Source: Candidatus Eiseniibacteriota bacterium (GTDB lineage Bacteria > Eisenbacteria > RBG-16-71-46). Taken from it: DNA of 64,000 bases. The position numbers and the translations under genes were made by a program. Positions 9,350 through 19,991 of the stretch are shown in pieces; the first letter of the stretch is position 1; each line of letters starts with the position of its first letter. The notes beneath the pieces are model-generated. The model saw only the letters and a program-made list of their open reading frames with translations. It searched no databases and was not told where the DNA came from. The stretch covers positions 416,001-480,000 of the forward strand of contig CAVUWA010000002.1 in assembly GCA_963744995.1 (NCBI GenBank). The letters run 5' to 3'.

Positions 9350-10291
9350 ATGAGTTGGAAGCTGGCGTGCCTGATATCTTGCGTGACGTGGGGTTTCGCA
9401 AGTCAAGCGCAGGCACAGTTCAACCCAAGCGCTACGGTCGTTTGTGGTGGACCACAGGGCCACTGCTATAGGCGTGTCGGAATTGCAACCTGCACCCAAT
9501 ACAGTTGGGAAACTGTCAGCAACTATGCCCTCGGAAGCAGCTACCAGGGATGGCCTGGCCATCTCCTCACAGTCGAGAGCTCTGCTGAGTGGCAGGCGGG
9601 ATTCGGATCGAACGACTGTTACATCGGAGCCCTGGGCCCCAGCAATGGCCCCTACTCATGGGCTGTGGGTCCGTCCGCTGGAACTCCGGTGACGTACTTT
9701 GGAACGTTCGTTGCCGGGTCCGGAGGATGCGCTCCATTCTCAGCACTTGAGACCAACAACACCGTTTACTACGCGGCATCACCAACGAATGCCGGAACGC
9801 GTGCCTGCAATTCGGGTCAGTGCTTCGCGGGTGAGACTTTCATCATCGAGTACGAGCCTGATACCGTCGCCCCCCAGTCTCAGCTGGTCATGCCCAGCCG
9901 CGGCGAAGTGTTCGCGGTAGGGACTCCGATTACGGTCGCCTGGACGGCCAGCGATCCCTTCGGATTCTTGGATTCCGTGGACCTCGAGTTATCACGAACC
10001 GGACCGAGCGGCCCCTTCGTGCCCCTCGCGTTTGGGTTGCCACCCGGTAGCACGTCAGCTCCCATGCTGACCACGACGACTGGCATGGCCTCTTCACAGG
10101 TGACAGGTAGTTACACATGGGTACCGTGTGAGCCAGCGGAGAGCATCATGTTGCGCATTACGGTGTGGGACAAGGCGGGGAACCAGGGGTCTGGCCTCAG
10201 CGACGGAACGTTTGCGATCGAGGGAGTCAATGAATGTCCAACCCGTGTGACCTCTACCTCGTGGGGGCGATTGAAGAGTTACTATCGGTAG
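9350..10291 (+). CDS. Secreted protein with C-type-lectin-like and Ig-like domains and C-terminal SWGRLKSYYR motif
   Basis: GAGGAGG RBS; signal peptide; GHCY...SWE...GHLLTVESSAEW...YIGA...YSW...FIIEYE; ITVAWTASD...DSVDLELSR...LRITVWDKAGN; visibly lower GC than the rest of the window. Confidence 0.65.
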   Translation: MSWKLACLISCVTWGFASQAQAQFNPSATVVCGGPQGHCYRRVGIATCTQYSWETVSNYALGSSYQGWPGHLLTVESSAEWQAGFGSNDCYIGALGPSNGPYSWAVGPSAGTPVTYFGTFVAGSGGCAPFSALETNNTVYYAASPTNAGTRACNSGQCFAGETFIIEYEPDTVAPQSQLVMPSRGEVFAVGTPITVAWTASDPFGFLDSVDLELSRTGPSGPFVPLAFGLPPGSTSAPMLTTTTGMASSQVTGSYTWVPCEPAESIMLRITVWDKAGNQGSGLSDGTFAIEGVNECPTRVTSTSWGRLKSYYR

Positions 10292-10348
10292 ACAGAGTTG
10301 ATGCCAGCTAGAGCACCGAGGTTTCTGCTCCGGGCTGGAGTGCCGCCT

Positions 10349-10606
10349 TTACTCCACCACTGCGCACCCCGTCACCGGCACCAGCCGTCCGTCTTCGAGC
10401 CGCACCGGCGGCAGATACTCGCCCACAAGCTCGCGTGTCCACCACGCGCCGGTGGCGCGGTGCGTCCCGGCGTCGGAGAAACGGTGCAGGTAGAGCTTGG
10501 CGCGCAGGGACTCGGGCGGATGCTTCGGGAACGGATCGGTGGCGAGCCGTCCGAGCACAGGCTTCGAGCCCGCAAGCAGCTGGCGTGAAAAGCGCACGAA
10601 CTAGTA
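10349..10606 (-). pseudogene. Diverged 3' remnant of a lipase maturation factor gene
   Basis: 61/76 aa identical by manual alignment to the C-terminus of the LMF at 13446-15323; conserved Y-W-F-V reads Y-stop-F-V (TAG at 10601-10603); no upstream homology. Confidence 0.85.
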
Positions 10607-11142
10607 TGCGGCCGCCGGGCGCACGAAATGAGCCGATCTTCATGGCGCTCGGTGAGGCGGCTGCCGGGCGAGACTCGGCTTTGCGATCGTGGATGGACGG
10701 ATCATCTCTGGCGGATGCCCTGCCGGCTACGCTGCGGACGCTTGAAGGCTGGTGCGCGCTGGGGGCGCGCGACCTCGAGACGGCAGCGGCCGCGGCGACT
10801 TCCGTTGTCCGATCCGTGGGTTCGGAGGATTCCCCTGAGGCTCGCCCTCTCGCATGCTGGATCGCCGCCCGGGCATTCGAGGCGGCCGGAGAACGCGACT
10901 CGGCGATCGCCTACTGCGAGAGGGTCGCTTCCAGCTCCGGCCTGTGGAGCAACGAACTGGACCGCGAGCTCCTGCTCCGGAACGCCGGCCGGTGCGAGCT
11001 GATTCGCCTCGCCCTCGAAGCCAATCGGATCCAGATGGCGAAAGGGCAGCTGGGCGCGCTGATGCGGGATTGCCGCGACGCAGACCCGCAGGTCCGAGGT
11101 TTCGTCGAGCGGCTCGCGGCCCGGGTTCAGGCCGCCGGGTAG
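10606..11142 (+). pseudogene. Probable C-terminal fragment of a TPR-containing protein
   Basis: Helical repeats (AARAFEAAGERDSAIAYCERV; LMRDCRDADPQVRGFVERL) resembling kinase-TPR tails; no RBS; starts exactly where the LMF remnant ends. Confidence 0.45.
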
Positions 11143-11302
11143 GTCGCGAACGGTTCGAGCAGGGCCTCTCGGAAAGGGTGGGGGAGGTGCGGCCGAACTG
11201 CCCGGCAGCCGCCATCTGCACGAAGGCAACCGCCTCCCTTGCTCCCCGTGCTAACCTCCCGCCCTGCCCGTGCTTCGCCGCGTGGCCGGAAAGGAGGTCC
11301 GC

Positions 11303-12772
11303 TTGGCAGCTCAGCCGTCGCTGTCCCTCGCCGACACGCCGCTCTCCAATCCCGACATCGCCCCGATTCCAGCTTCGGGCCGCACCTGGAACTGGTGGAA
11401 CTACGCCGCCCTCTGGATCGGCATGGCGGTGTGCATCCCGACCTACACGCTCGCCTCCGGGCTGATCGACACCGGCATGTCGTGGGGGCAGGCGCTGTTC
11501 ACGATTCTGCTCGGCAACACGATCGTCCTGCTGCCGATGCTCCTCAACGCCCACGCCGGCGCCAGGTACGGAATCCCGTTCCCGGTGTTCGCGCGCGCCT
11601 CGTTCGGCGTACTCGGCTCCAACGTGCCGGCGCTGCTGCGCGCGCTGGTCGCGTGCGGCTGGTTCGGCATCCAGGCCTGGATCGGCGGCGCGGCGATCTT
11701 CCAGCTCACGAAGCTGGTCTGGCCGGGGATCGCCACGCTGCCGGCGATCGTGCCCGCGTGGGTCGGCGCCTCGACCGGCGAGCTGCTCGCCTTTCTCCTG
11801 TTCTGGGCCATCAACGTCTGGTTCATCGTGAAGGGCATCGACTCGATCAAGTGGCTCGAGTCGATGGCGGCGCCTCTGCTGCTGCTGGTCGGGCTCGCGC
11901 TGCTCGGGTGGGCCTACCGGCGCGCCGGGGGTTTCGGGCCGATGCTGTCGCAGCCCTCGCAGTTCCCGACGCTGAAGACGTTTCTGCCGGCGTTCTTCCC
12001 CGGGCTCACGGCGATGGTCGGTTTCTGGGCGACGCTCTCGCTCAACATTCCCGACTTCACGCGCTATGCGCGCTCGCAGCGGGAACAGATCGTGGGGCAG
12101 TCGGTCGGCCTGCCGCCGACGATGCTGCTGTTCTCGTTCATCGGCGTGGCGGTGACCTCCGCGACGCTGGTGATCTTCCCGGGCGAAGGCGCGATCTGGG
12201 ACCCGGTGGCGCTGCTCGGCCGCATCGGTGGCCCGCTCGCCGTGCTGATCTCGATGCTCGCCCTGTCGATCGCGACGCTCACCACGAATCTCGCCGCCAA
12301 CGTGGTGTCACCGGCGAACGATTTCAGCAACCTGGCGCCACGGTTGATCTCGTTCCGCACGGGCGGGCTGATCACGGCGCTGGTCGGGATCGTCATGATG
12401 CCGTGGAAGCTGCTGGCCTCGGCGTCGGGCTACATCTTCACCTGGCTCGTCGGCTACTCCGCGCTGCTCGGGCCGATCGGCGGTATCCTGATCGCCGACT
12501 ACTTCCTGCTGCGGAAGCGCCGACTGGACGTGGACGATCTCTACCGGCGCGGCGGTCGTTACGAATACGCGGGCGGGGTGAATCCGGCGGCGCTGATCGC
12601 CCTTGCGGTCGGGGTGGCGCCCAACGTGCCGGGATTCCTCGCGCACGCGTTTCCCGCGCGCTTCGGTGGACTTCCGGCCTTCTGGACGGGATTGTATTCT
12701 TACGCGTGGTTCCTGGGGTTCGGTCTCGCCGCGGTGGTGTATCTGCTGCTGATGCGGGGACACCGGGAATGA
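11303..12772 (+). CDS. NCS1 family nucleobase:cation symporter
   Basis: RTWNWWNYAALWIGMAVCIPTY, YGIPFPVFARASFG, WATLSLNIPDFTRY, NLAANVVSPANDF; AAGGAGG RBS before TTG at 11303. Confidence 0.95.
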   Translation: MAAQPSLSLADTPLSNPDIAPIPASGRTWNWWNYAALWIGMAVCIPTYTLASGLIDTGMSWGQALFTILLGNTIVLLPMLLNAHAGARYGIPFPVFARASFGVLGSNVPALLRALVACGWFGIQAWIGGAAIFQLTKLVWPGIATLPAIVPAWVGASTGELLAFLLFWAINVWFIVKGIDSIKWLESMAAPLLLLVGLALLGWAYRRAGGFGPMLSQPSQFPTLKTFLPAFFPGLTAMVGFWATLSLNIPDFTRYARSQREQIVGQSVGLPPTMLLFSFIGVAVTSATLVIFPGEGAIWDPVALLGRIGGPLAVLISMLALSIATLTTNLAANVVSPANDFSNLAPRLISFRTGGLITALVGIVMMPWKLLASASGYIFTWLVGYSALLGPIGGILIADYFLLRKRRLDVDDLYRRGGRYEYAGGVNPAALIALAVGVAPNVPGFLAHAFPARFGGLPAFWTGLYSYAWFLGFGLAAVVYLLLMRGHRE

Positions 12773-12845
12773 ACATGGGGGTGGCGTGCACGGTCGTGCG
12801 GCGGGCCGAAGTGCGGCTTGTGACCCGCGTCCCGAGGGAGGACGG

Positions 12846-13181
12846 ATGAGCGGAATCCAGGTCGAGCATCGCGACGGAGCAGCGATCCTCACGCCGACGG
12901 GGAGCCTCGTCGGCGGGGACGGAACGGAGCGGCTCGAGAACCTGATCGAGGAAGTGCTCAAGGATCTGCCCGCGCGCATCGTCCTCGACTTCTCGGGTGT
13001 CGACCATATGAACTCGGTCGGCATGGCCGCCGTCATCCGGGCGCACGCCGCCTGTCGCAAGCGACACATCGGCTTCTTCGTCGTCCGCGCGCCCGAGCGG
13101 ATTCGCGATGTGTTCGAGATCACCCGCATCTCGACGCTGGGAATCCTCAAGGACACACTCGAGGACACGGCCGCGGGCTGA
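12846..13181 (+). CDS. STAS-domain anti-sigma factor antagonist
   Basis: IVLDFSGVDHMNSVGM (phosphorylatable Ser), RIRDVFEITRI; GGAGG RBS. Confidence 0.9.
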   Translation: MSGIQVEHRDGAAILTPTGSLVGGDGTERLENLIEEVLKDLPARIVLDFSGVDHMNSVGMAAVIRAHAACRKRHIGFFVVRAPERIRDVFEITRISTLGILKDTLEDTAAG

Positions 13182-13445
13182 CGGGTGCGGGGCCGTCTCG
13201 GCCCGGCACCGGACACCATGGCCACGAGCGGAACGGGTCGCCGGGGCTGCGCGCGCACCCGCTGCGGATGCGCGGCGATGAGCGAGGCGCCGTCGGCGGT
13301 CTGCGGGTCGCCGTCCGCGAAGACGCGGCGGTCGATCGCCCCGACGGGGGTCTGATCGGCACTCGACGGCTGGTGGTGCAGCACTAGCCGTCCGTTTCGA
13401 CGACAGTGCCGCGGCCGCCGCAGGAACGGCGGCCGCGGCGCGCCG

Positions 13446-15323
13446 TCACTCCGCACCCAGTTCCAGCACCGGCACCAGCCTGCCGTCCTCGAGCCGGACC
13501 GGAGGCAGGTAGGTGCCGACGCGCTCTCGCGTCCACCATGCGCCGGTCGCACGGCGGGTCGCCGCGTCGGAGAACCGGTATCGCCACAGCGTCGCGCGCA
13601 GGTACTCGGGCGGGCGACCGGGGAACGGGTCCGCGCCGAGCAGGCCCAGCACCGGCTTCGAGCCCGCGAGCAGCTGACGCGCGAACCGCACGAACCAGTA
13701 GGCCGGTCGCCCGGGCTCGAGCGCGGCGAACCACATCTGCCAGTCGAGGCGCGGCATGTGGCCGATCACGAACGGTGGGCGGCGCGTCGGGTCGCCGGGC
13801 TTGAAGCGGAACGGGTACGACCGCCAGACCACGCCGTCGCGGCTGCCCTCGACGTCGATCTCCAGTCGACGGGTCGTCATCACCGCGAACAATCCGTAGC
13901 CGTTGATCGTGCGGAACGGCCGCACGATCTGATACGTCGCGGGCAGAGGGCCCAGCCACGCGGCCGGGACGTGCATCGTCGCGAGCAGCGGGTAGACGCC
14001 GAGCACGATGAGCACGATGGCGGCCGCGCTCGCGACGCGGCGCCCGGCAGGCGCAGCGTCGCCGCGCGCCGCCTCGGGCGTTCCGTCGAGCCCGGCCCGG
14101 CGCCTGAGCCACGCCGGCCACGCGGCGTCGTCGAGGAGCATCACGCACAGCGCGAGCGCCAGCCAGTTGAAGAATCCGTAGTTGCCGCTCACGAGGATCA
14201 GTCCCTGGAGGATCGCCATGACCGCGGCGCCGAACATGCGCGCGCGCCGCGGCGCGAAGACGAGAAACGGCGCGAGGCCTTCGATCGCGAACATCGCGGC
14301 CGCCGAGGACGACTGGAACCATGCGGGCAGGTGATGCGCGTACCACGCCGTCCACGGCGGCAGCGGCTGCGTCTCGTAGTGGAAGCGCAGCGCGGTGAGG
14401 TGGCGCCAGGACGGATCGCCGCTCATGATCTTGACCACCGCCGACGAGAACATGAGTCGGAACAGCAACCAGCGCGCGAGCCACACGGCCGCGCGCGTCG
14501 GCTGCCAGGTGTCGCGCAGGCGGGAACGCCACGCCCACGGCGCGAGCAGCGCCGCGGCGATGCCGGCCTCGAGCAGCAGGCCGTCCCACTGAAACCACAG
14601 GAAGTCGCCGCCGACCGAGACGAGCGAGAGGTACAGTCCCCAGGCGAGCAGCAGCATCCCACGCGGCGCGACACCGGCCACGACGAGCGCCGCGGCGATC
14701 ATGCCCGCCACGCCGAGCCCGATCAGGAAGCCGTCGCCCGCGTTCAGCCAGGCCAGCGTGGGCAGCAGGTAGAAGCGCTCCGGTCCGTAATGTTGTGCGA
14801 GCTGCGCGAGGTACTCGGCCGCGGGCAGGATGCCGTCGCGCCCGGCGAGGCCGCGGATCTGCAGGGTCATCGACGCGAACGCCACGAGGTGGACCACGCC
14901 GACGAGCCGCACGAACACCCACCCGGTCAGCCGCTCGCCGGGCGGTACCACATGGTCGCCCCAGAGGAGGTGCGTGAGCGCCGTCGCGCGGTCGCGGTGC
15001 CGGGCGACGAGCCGGTAGAACGTTTCGGTGAGCGGCGCGACGCCGGGCACGCGCCGGTACGCCCACCAGCCGAAACCGCCATGCGGCGCGTGCGCCAGCG
15101 CCCGGAACACGGCGGCGGCTCCGTACCGCACCGTGCCGCCCGGCTCGATCAGGACCACCGATTCGGCGAAGCGTTCCGCCGGGACTTCCGGATGCTCCGC
15201 CGCCACCGCCTGCGACGGCGCGACGTCCACGTGCCGGTCGATCGCACCGCGCCAGCGCGCCACCCAGCTTCGGCAGAAGCCGCAGTCACCATCGAAGACG
15301 AGCAGCGGGCGGGAGGAGGGCAT
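13446..15323 (-). CDS. Lipase maturation factor (LMF) family membrane protein with N-terminal DCC1-like (DUF393) CxxC domain
   Basis: N-terminal VFDGDCGFC; LMF motifs FLWFQWDGLLLEAG, RLMFSSAVVK, HYETQPLP, SGNYGFFNWL, GYGLFAVMT, HMPRLDWQMWFAAL. Confidence 0.92.
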   Translation of the reverse strand: MPSSRPLLVFDGDCGFCRSWVARWRGAIDRHVDVAPSQAVAAEHPEVPAERFAESVVLIEPGGTVRYGAAAVFRALAHAPHGGFGWWAYRRVPGVAPLTETFYRLVARHRDRATALTHLLWGDHVVPPGERLTGWVFVRLVGVVHLVAFASMTLQIRGLAGRDGILPAAEYLAQLAQHYGPERFYLLPTLAWLNAGDGFLIGLGVAGMIAAALVVAGVAPRGMLLLAWGLYLSLVSVGGDFLWFQWDGLLLEAGIAAALLAPWAWRSRLRDTWQPTRAAVWLARWLLFRLMFSSAVVKIMSGDPSWRHLTALRFHYETQPLPPWTAWYAHHLPAWFQSSSAAAMFAIEGLAPFLVFAPRRARMFGAAVMAILQGLILVSGNYGFFNWLALALCVMLLDDAAWPAWLRRRAGLDGTPEAARGDAAPAGRRVASAAAIVLIVLGVYPLLATMHVPAAWLGPLPATYQIVRPFRTINGYGLFAVMTTRRLEIDVEGSRDGVVWRSYPFRFKPGDPTRRPPFVIGHMPRLDWQMWFAALEPGRPAYWFVRFARQLLAGSKPVLGLLGADPFPGRPPEYLRATLWRYRFSDAATRRATGAWWTRERVGTYLPPVRLEDGRLVPVLELGAE

Positions 15324-15390
15324 GTCGGGATTCTAGGGAGCGGGCGACCGCGACGCGAAGCGCTCCAGCCGGCTGGTGATCGTCCATTCC

Positions 15391-15419
15391 TTGACTGGAT
15401 CCAGACCTGTAATTAGTCT
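15391..15419 (+). promoter_or_regulatory. Sigma-70-type promoter of furA (TTGACT-N17-TAGTCT), probably leaderless, with FurA-box-like sequence over the -35
   Basis: -35 at 15391-15396, -10 at 15414-15419, GTG start only 6 nt downstream, no SD sequence. Confidence 0.7.
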
Positions 15420-15425
15420 GCCGCC

Positions 15426-15845
15426 GTGCCAGTTGATCCCGCCGAACTCCTTCGCCACCATGGCGTTCAAGTCACCGCCCAGCGCCTCGCCGTGCTGCGT
15501 GCGGTGTCCGCACGTCCGCACAGCACGGCGGACGACGTGACCGAGGTCGCCAGGGGAGAGATCGGCGCCATCTCCCGCCAGTCGGTCTACGACGCGCTCA
15601 GCCTTCTGGCCGACAGGGGACTGATCCGCCGCATTCAGCCCGCCGGCTCGGCCGCCCGCTACGAAGGCCGGGTCGGAGACAACCACCACCACCTCATCTG
15701 CCGCGATTGCGGTCGCACGGTGGACGTCGACTGCGCCGTCGGCGACACCCCTTGCCTGACGGCGGGCGAGGACCACGGCTTCGAGATCACCGAGGCCGAG
15801 GTCATCTACTGGGGCCGCTGTCCGGAGTGCATGGCGAAGACATGA
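15426..15845 (+). CDS. furA: Fur-family peroxide-responsive regulator (FurA/PerR type)
   Basis: [42 protein letters not shown]; directly upstream of katG. Confidence 0.9.
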   Translation: MPVDPAELLRHHGVQVTAQRLAVLRAVSARPHSTADDVTEVARGEIGAISRQSVYDALSLLADRGLIRRIQPAGSAARYEGRVGDNHHHLICRDCGRTVDVDCAVGDTPCLTAGEDHGFEITEAEVIYWGRCPECMAKT

Positions 15846-15957
15846 CCGTCGCCCTCACGCATCCGCGGCCACGCCCATGTCGAAGCCGAAGCGCCGCCGC
15901 GGCGCGCACGAAGGTTCACGCTCCACACACGACCCCCGGGTCGACGCCGACCCGTGA

Positions 15958-18214
<2,257 letters not shown>

Positions 18215-18272
18215 TGCGATCGGGCCCGGCGCATCGGGCGAAGAAACGGCGCCATGGAGGCGCAGGACGACG

Positions 18273-19016
18273 ATGACAGACGTCCCGGACTATTCCGGGT
18301 TTGCGGAGAGCTATTCGGTCTCGCGCCCCGGCTATCCGAGCGAGCTGTTTGCATGGCTGGCCTCGGTGGCTCGAAGGCGCGAGCTCGCATGGGACACGGC
18401 CACGGGGAACGGGCAGGCGGCACTGGGGTTGGCGGTCCACTTCGACCGGGTCATCGGCACCGACACGAGCGCGGCGCAGATTGCCCACGCGAAGCATCAC
18501 CCTCGCGTGGAATACCAGGTCGGCCGCGCCGAGGACTCGGGTCTCTCATCCGACTCGGTGGACCTGGTGGGGGTGGCCTCCGCGCTGCACTGGTTCGACC
18601 TGCCGGCTTTCTACGAGGAGGCCCGGAGGATCGCACGCCGTGGTGGCGTGCTGGCGGCCTGGAGCTATCACGTGGCGCACGCCGATGCCCCCTTTGGGGA
18701 CGCCTTGTGGCGCTTCTACCGTGACGTCGTGCAACCGTACTTCTCACCGGGTGCGCGGCTGGTCGATGATCGCTACGAGGGAATCGTGCTCCCGGGGGAG
18801 CCGCTCGAGAGTCCGCCGTTCGCCCTCTCGGTCCACTGGACGGAGTCGGAGATCCTCGATTTCGTGAGAACGTGGAGTGGTGTTCAGTCGTACATCGAGG
18901 CCAGCGGAGAAGACCCCGTGAAGTGGCTTGCGCCCGAGATCGCGAGGATCTGCGGTTCTCCCGACCTGCGACACACCCTCCGTTGGCCGCTCTACCTTCG
19001 CGCCTCGAGGTTGTAG
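18273..19016 (+). CDS. Class I SAM-dependent methyltransferase
   Basis: [45 protein letters not shown]. Confidence 0.9.
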   Translation: MTDVPDYSGFAESYSVSRPGYPSELFAWLASVARRRELAWDTATGNGQAALGLAVHFDRVIGTDTSAAQIAHAKHHPRVEYQVGRAEDSGLSSDSVDLVGVASALHWFDLPAFYEEARRIARRGGVLAAWSYHVAHADAPFGDALWRFYRDVVQPYFSPGARLVDDRYEGIVLPGEPLESPPFALSVHWTESEILDFVRTWSGVQSYIEASGEDPVKWLAPEIARICGSPDLRHTLRWPLYLRASRL

Positions 19017-19133
19017 ATGCGACGCGGCGCGCTGCCCGGGCGCGGATCCGGCGGCCGCTCCGGTCCGGGTGAGGTCGGCGCCCGGCGGGCCGTGCCGTGG
19101 CTGCGGACGATGGATGGGGCCGCGAGCCCTGGC

Positions 19134-19193
19134 GATGGAGCCGGCCCGGTCGAAGTGGACTGAGCCGGGCCGCTCCCATGGGCTGGTGAGCGG
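19134..19193 (+). repeat. Degenerate copy 2 of the katG 3' end repeat
   Basis: gatggagccggcccggtcgaaGTGGACTGAGCCGGG...ggtgagcgg aligns with gatggaactggatcggttcgagGTGGACTGAGCCGGG...ggtgagcgg. Confidence 0.55.
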
Positions 19194-19350
19194 ATCCCTT
19201 CGATCCGATCCGCAGGACAGAGGCACGGCGCTGCCGCGAGGCCCGCGCTCACGGGGGCGTCGGGCCGTGGCCCGCCGAGCCACGGCGGGTTGCCGCAGTG
19301 GCCCCATCCCCGGCCCGCCGGCGACGCCGTGATGTCCCGCAACGGAGGGG

Positions 19351-19404
19351 TTGACAGCGCCGCCCACTCAACGCATATTCTCATGCGTAGAGATGTTGAG
19401 TGGG
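19351..19404 (+). promoter_or_regulatory. nos cluster promoter with overlapping inverted repeats (candidate operator)
   Basis: TTGACA 19351-19356; -10 candidates CATATT (17-bp spacer) or TATTCT (19-bp spacer); perfect IR CCCACTCAAC 19363-19372 / GTTGAGTGGG 19395-19404; inner IR CTCAACGCAT-N6-ATGCGTAGAG. Confidence 0.65.
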
Positions 19405-19483
19405 GGCCTCGGTCCGGTCGGGCTGCGATCGCCGGGAGCGCCCCGGTTCCTGACAGCAAATCTGCCCGCCACTGGGAGGAATC

Positions 19484-19927
19484 ATGAATCGCCCAACCCT
19501 GATCCCCGTCCTGGCCGTGGCCGCCGGGGCGCTGCTCTTCGCCATCGGCTGTGGAGCGGGGGGCTCGTCGCCCGAATCCCACTCCGACAGCAGCGTGAAG
19601 GCCGACGCTGGATCTTCCGCTGCAGTGCAGGTGACCGCTGCCGACCGCACGGAAGCGGACCACCTGTTCGCCACCCGCTGCGCGACCTGTCACGGCCCCG
19701 ACGCGCGTGGCGATGGCCCCGCGGCGGAGGGACTCAATCCCAAGCCCCGCAACTTCCATGACCGCGAGTGGCAGCAGGCCACCAGCGACGAAACCATCGA
19801 GAGCGCCATCGTCTACGGCGGCGCGGCCGTGGGAAAGAGCCCGGCCATGGCACCCAACCCCGATCTGCAGGCCAAACCCGGTGTGGTTGCGGCCCTGCGC
19901 GAGAAAGTCCGTGCGTTCGGCAAGTAG
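19484..19927 (+). CDS. Monoheme c-type cytochrome, probable lipoprotein, likely electron donor to NosZ
   Basis: CATCH heme motif, PKPRNF, GKSPAM (axial Met); lipobox FAIGC; GGGAGG RBS. Confidence 0.88.
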   Translation: MNRPTLIPVLAVAAGALLFAIGCGAGGSSPESHSDSSVKADAGSSAAVQVTAADRTEADHLFATRCATCHGPDARGDGPAAEGLNPKPRNFHDREWQQATSDETIESAIVYGGAAVGKSPAMAPNPDLQAKPGVVAALREKVRAFGK

Positions 19928-19991
19928 CGACCGGGCGCCTGCCTGCGGCGTGCCGCGTCATCCGGCCGCCGGGTACGTGAGGAGGCACAAC

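Noticed and set aside
11143..11302. Riboswitch upstream of the NCS1 transporter
   Set aside because: Some pairing is possible, but I recognise no purine, TPP or other aptamer consensus; an Rfam scan would be needed
19351..19371. TTGA...TCAA as an FNR/DNR box
   Set aside because: The spacing is 13 nt rather than TTGAT-N4-ATCAA
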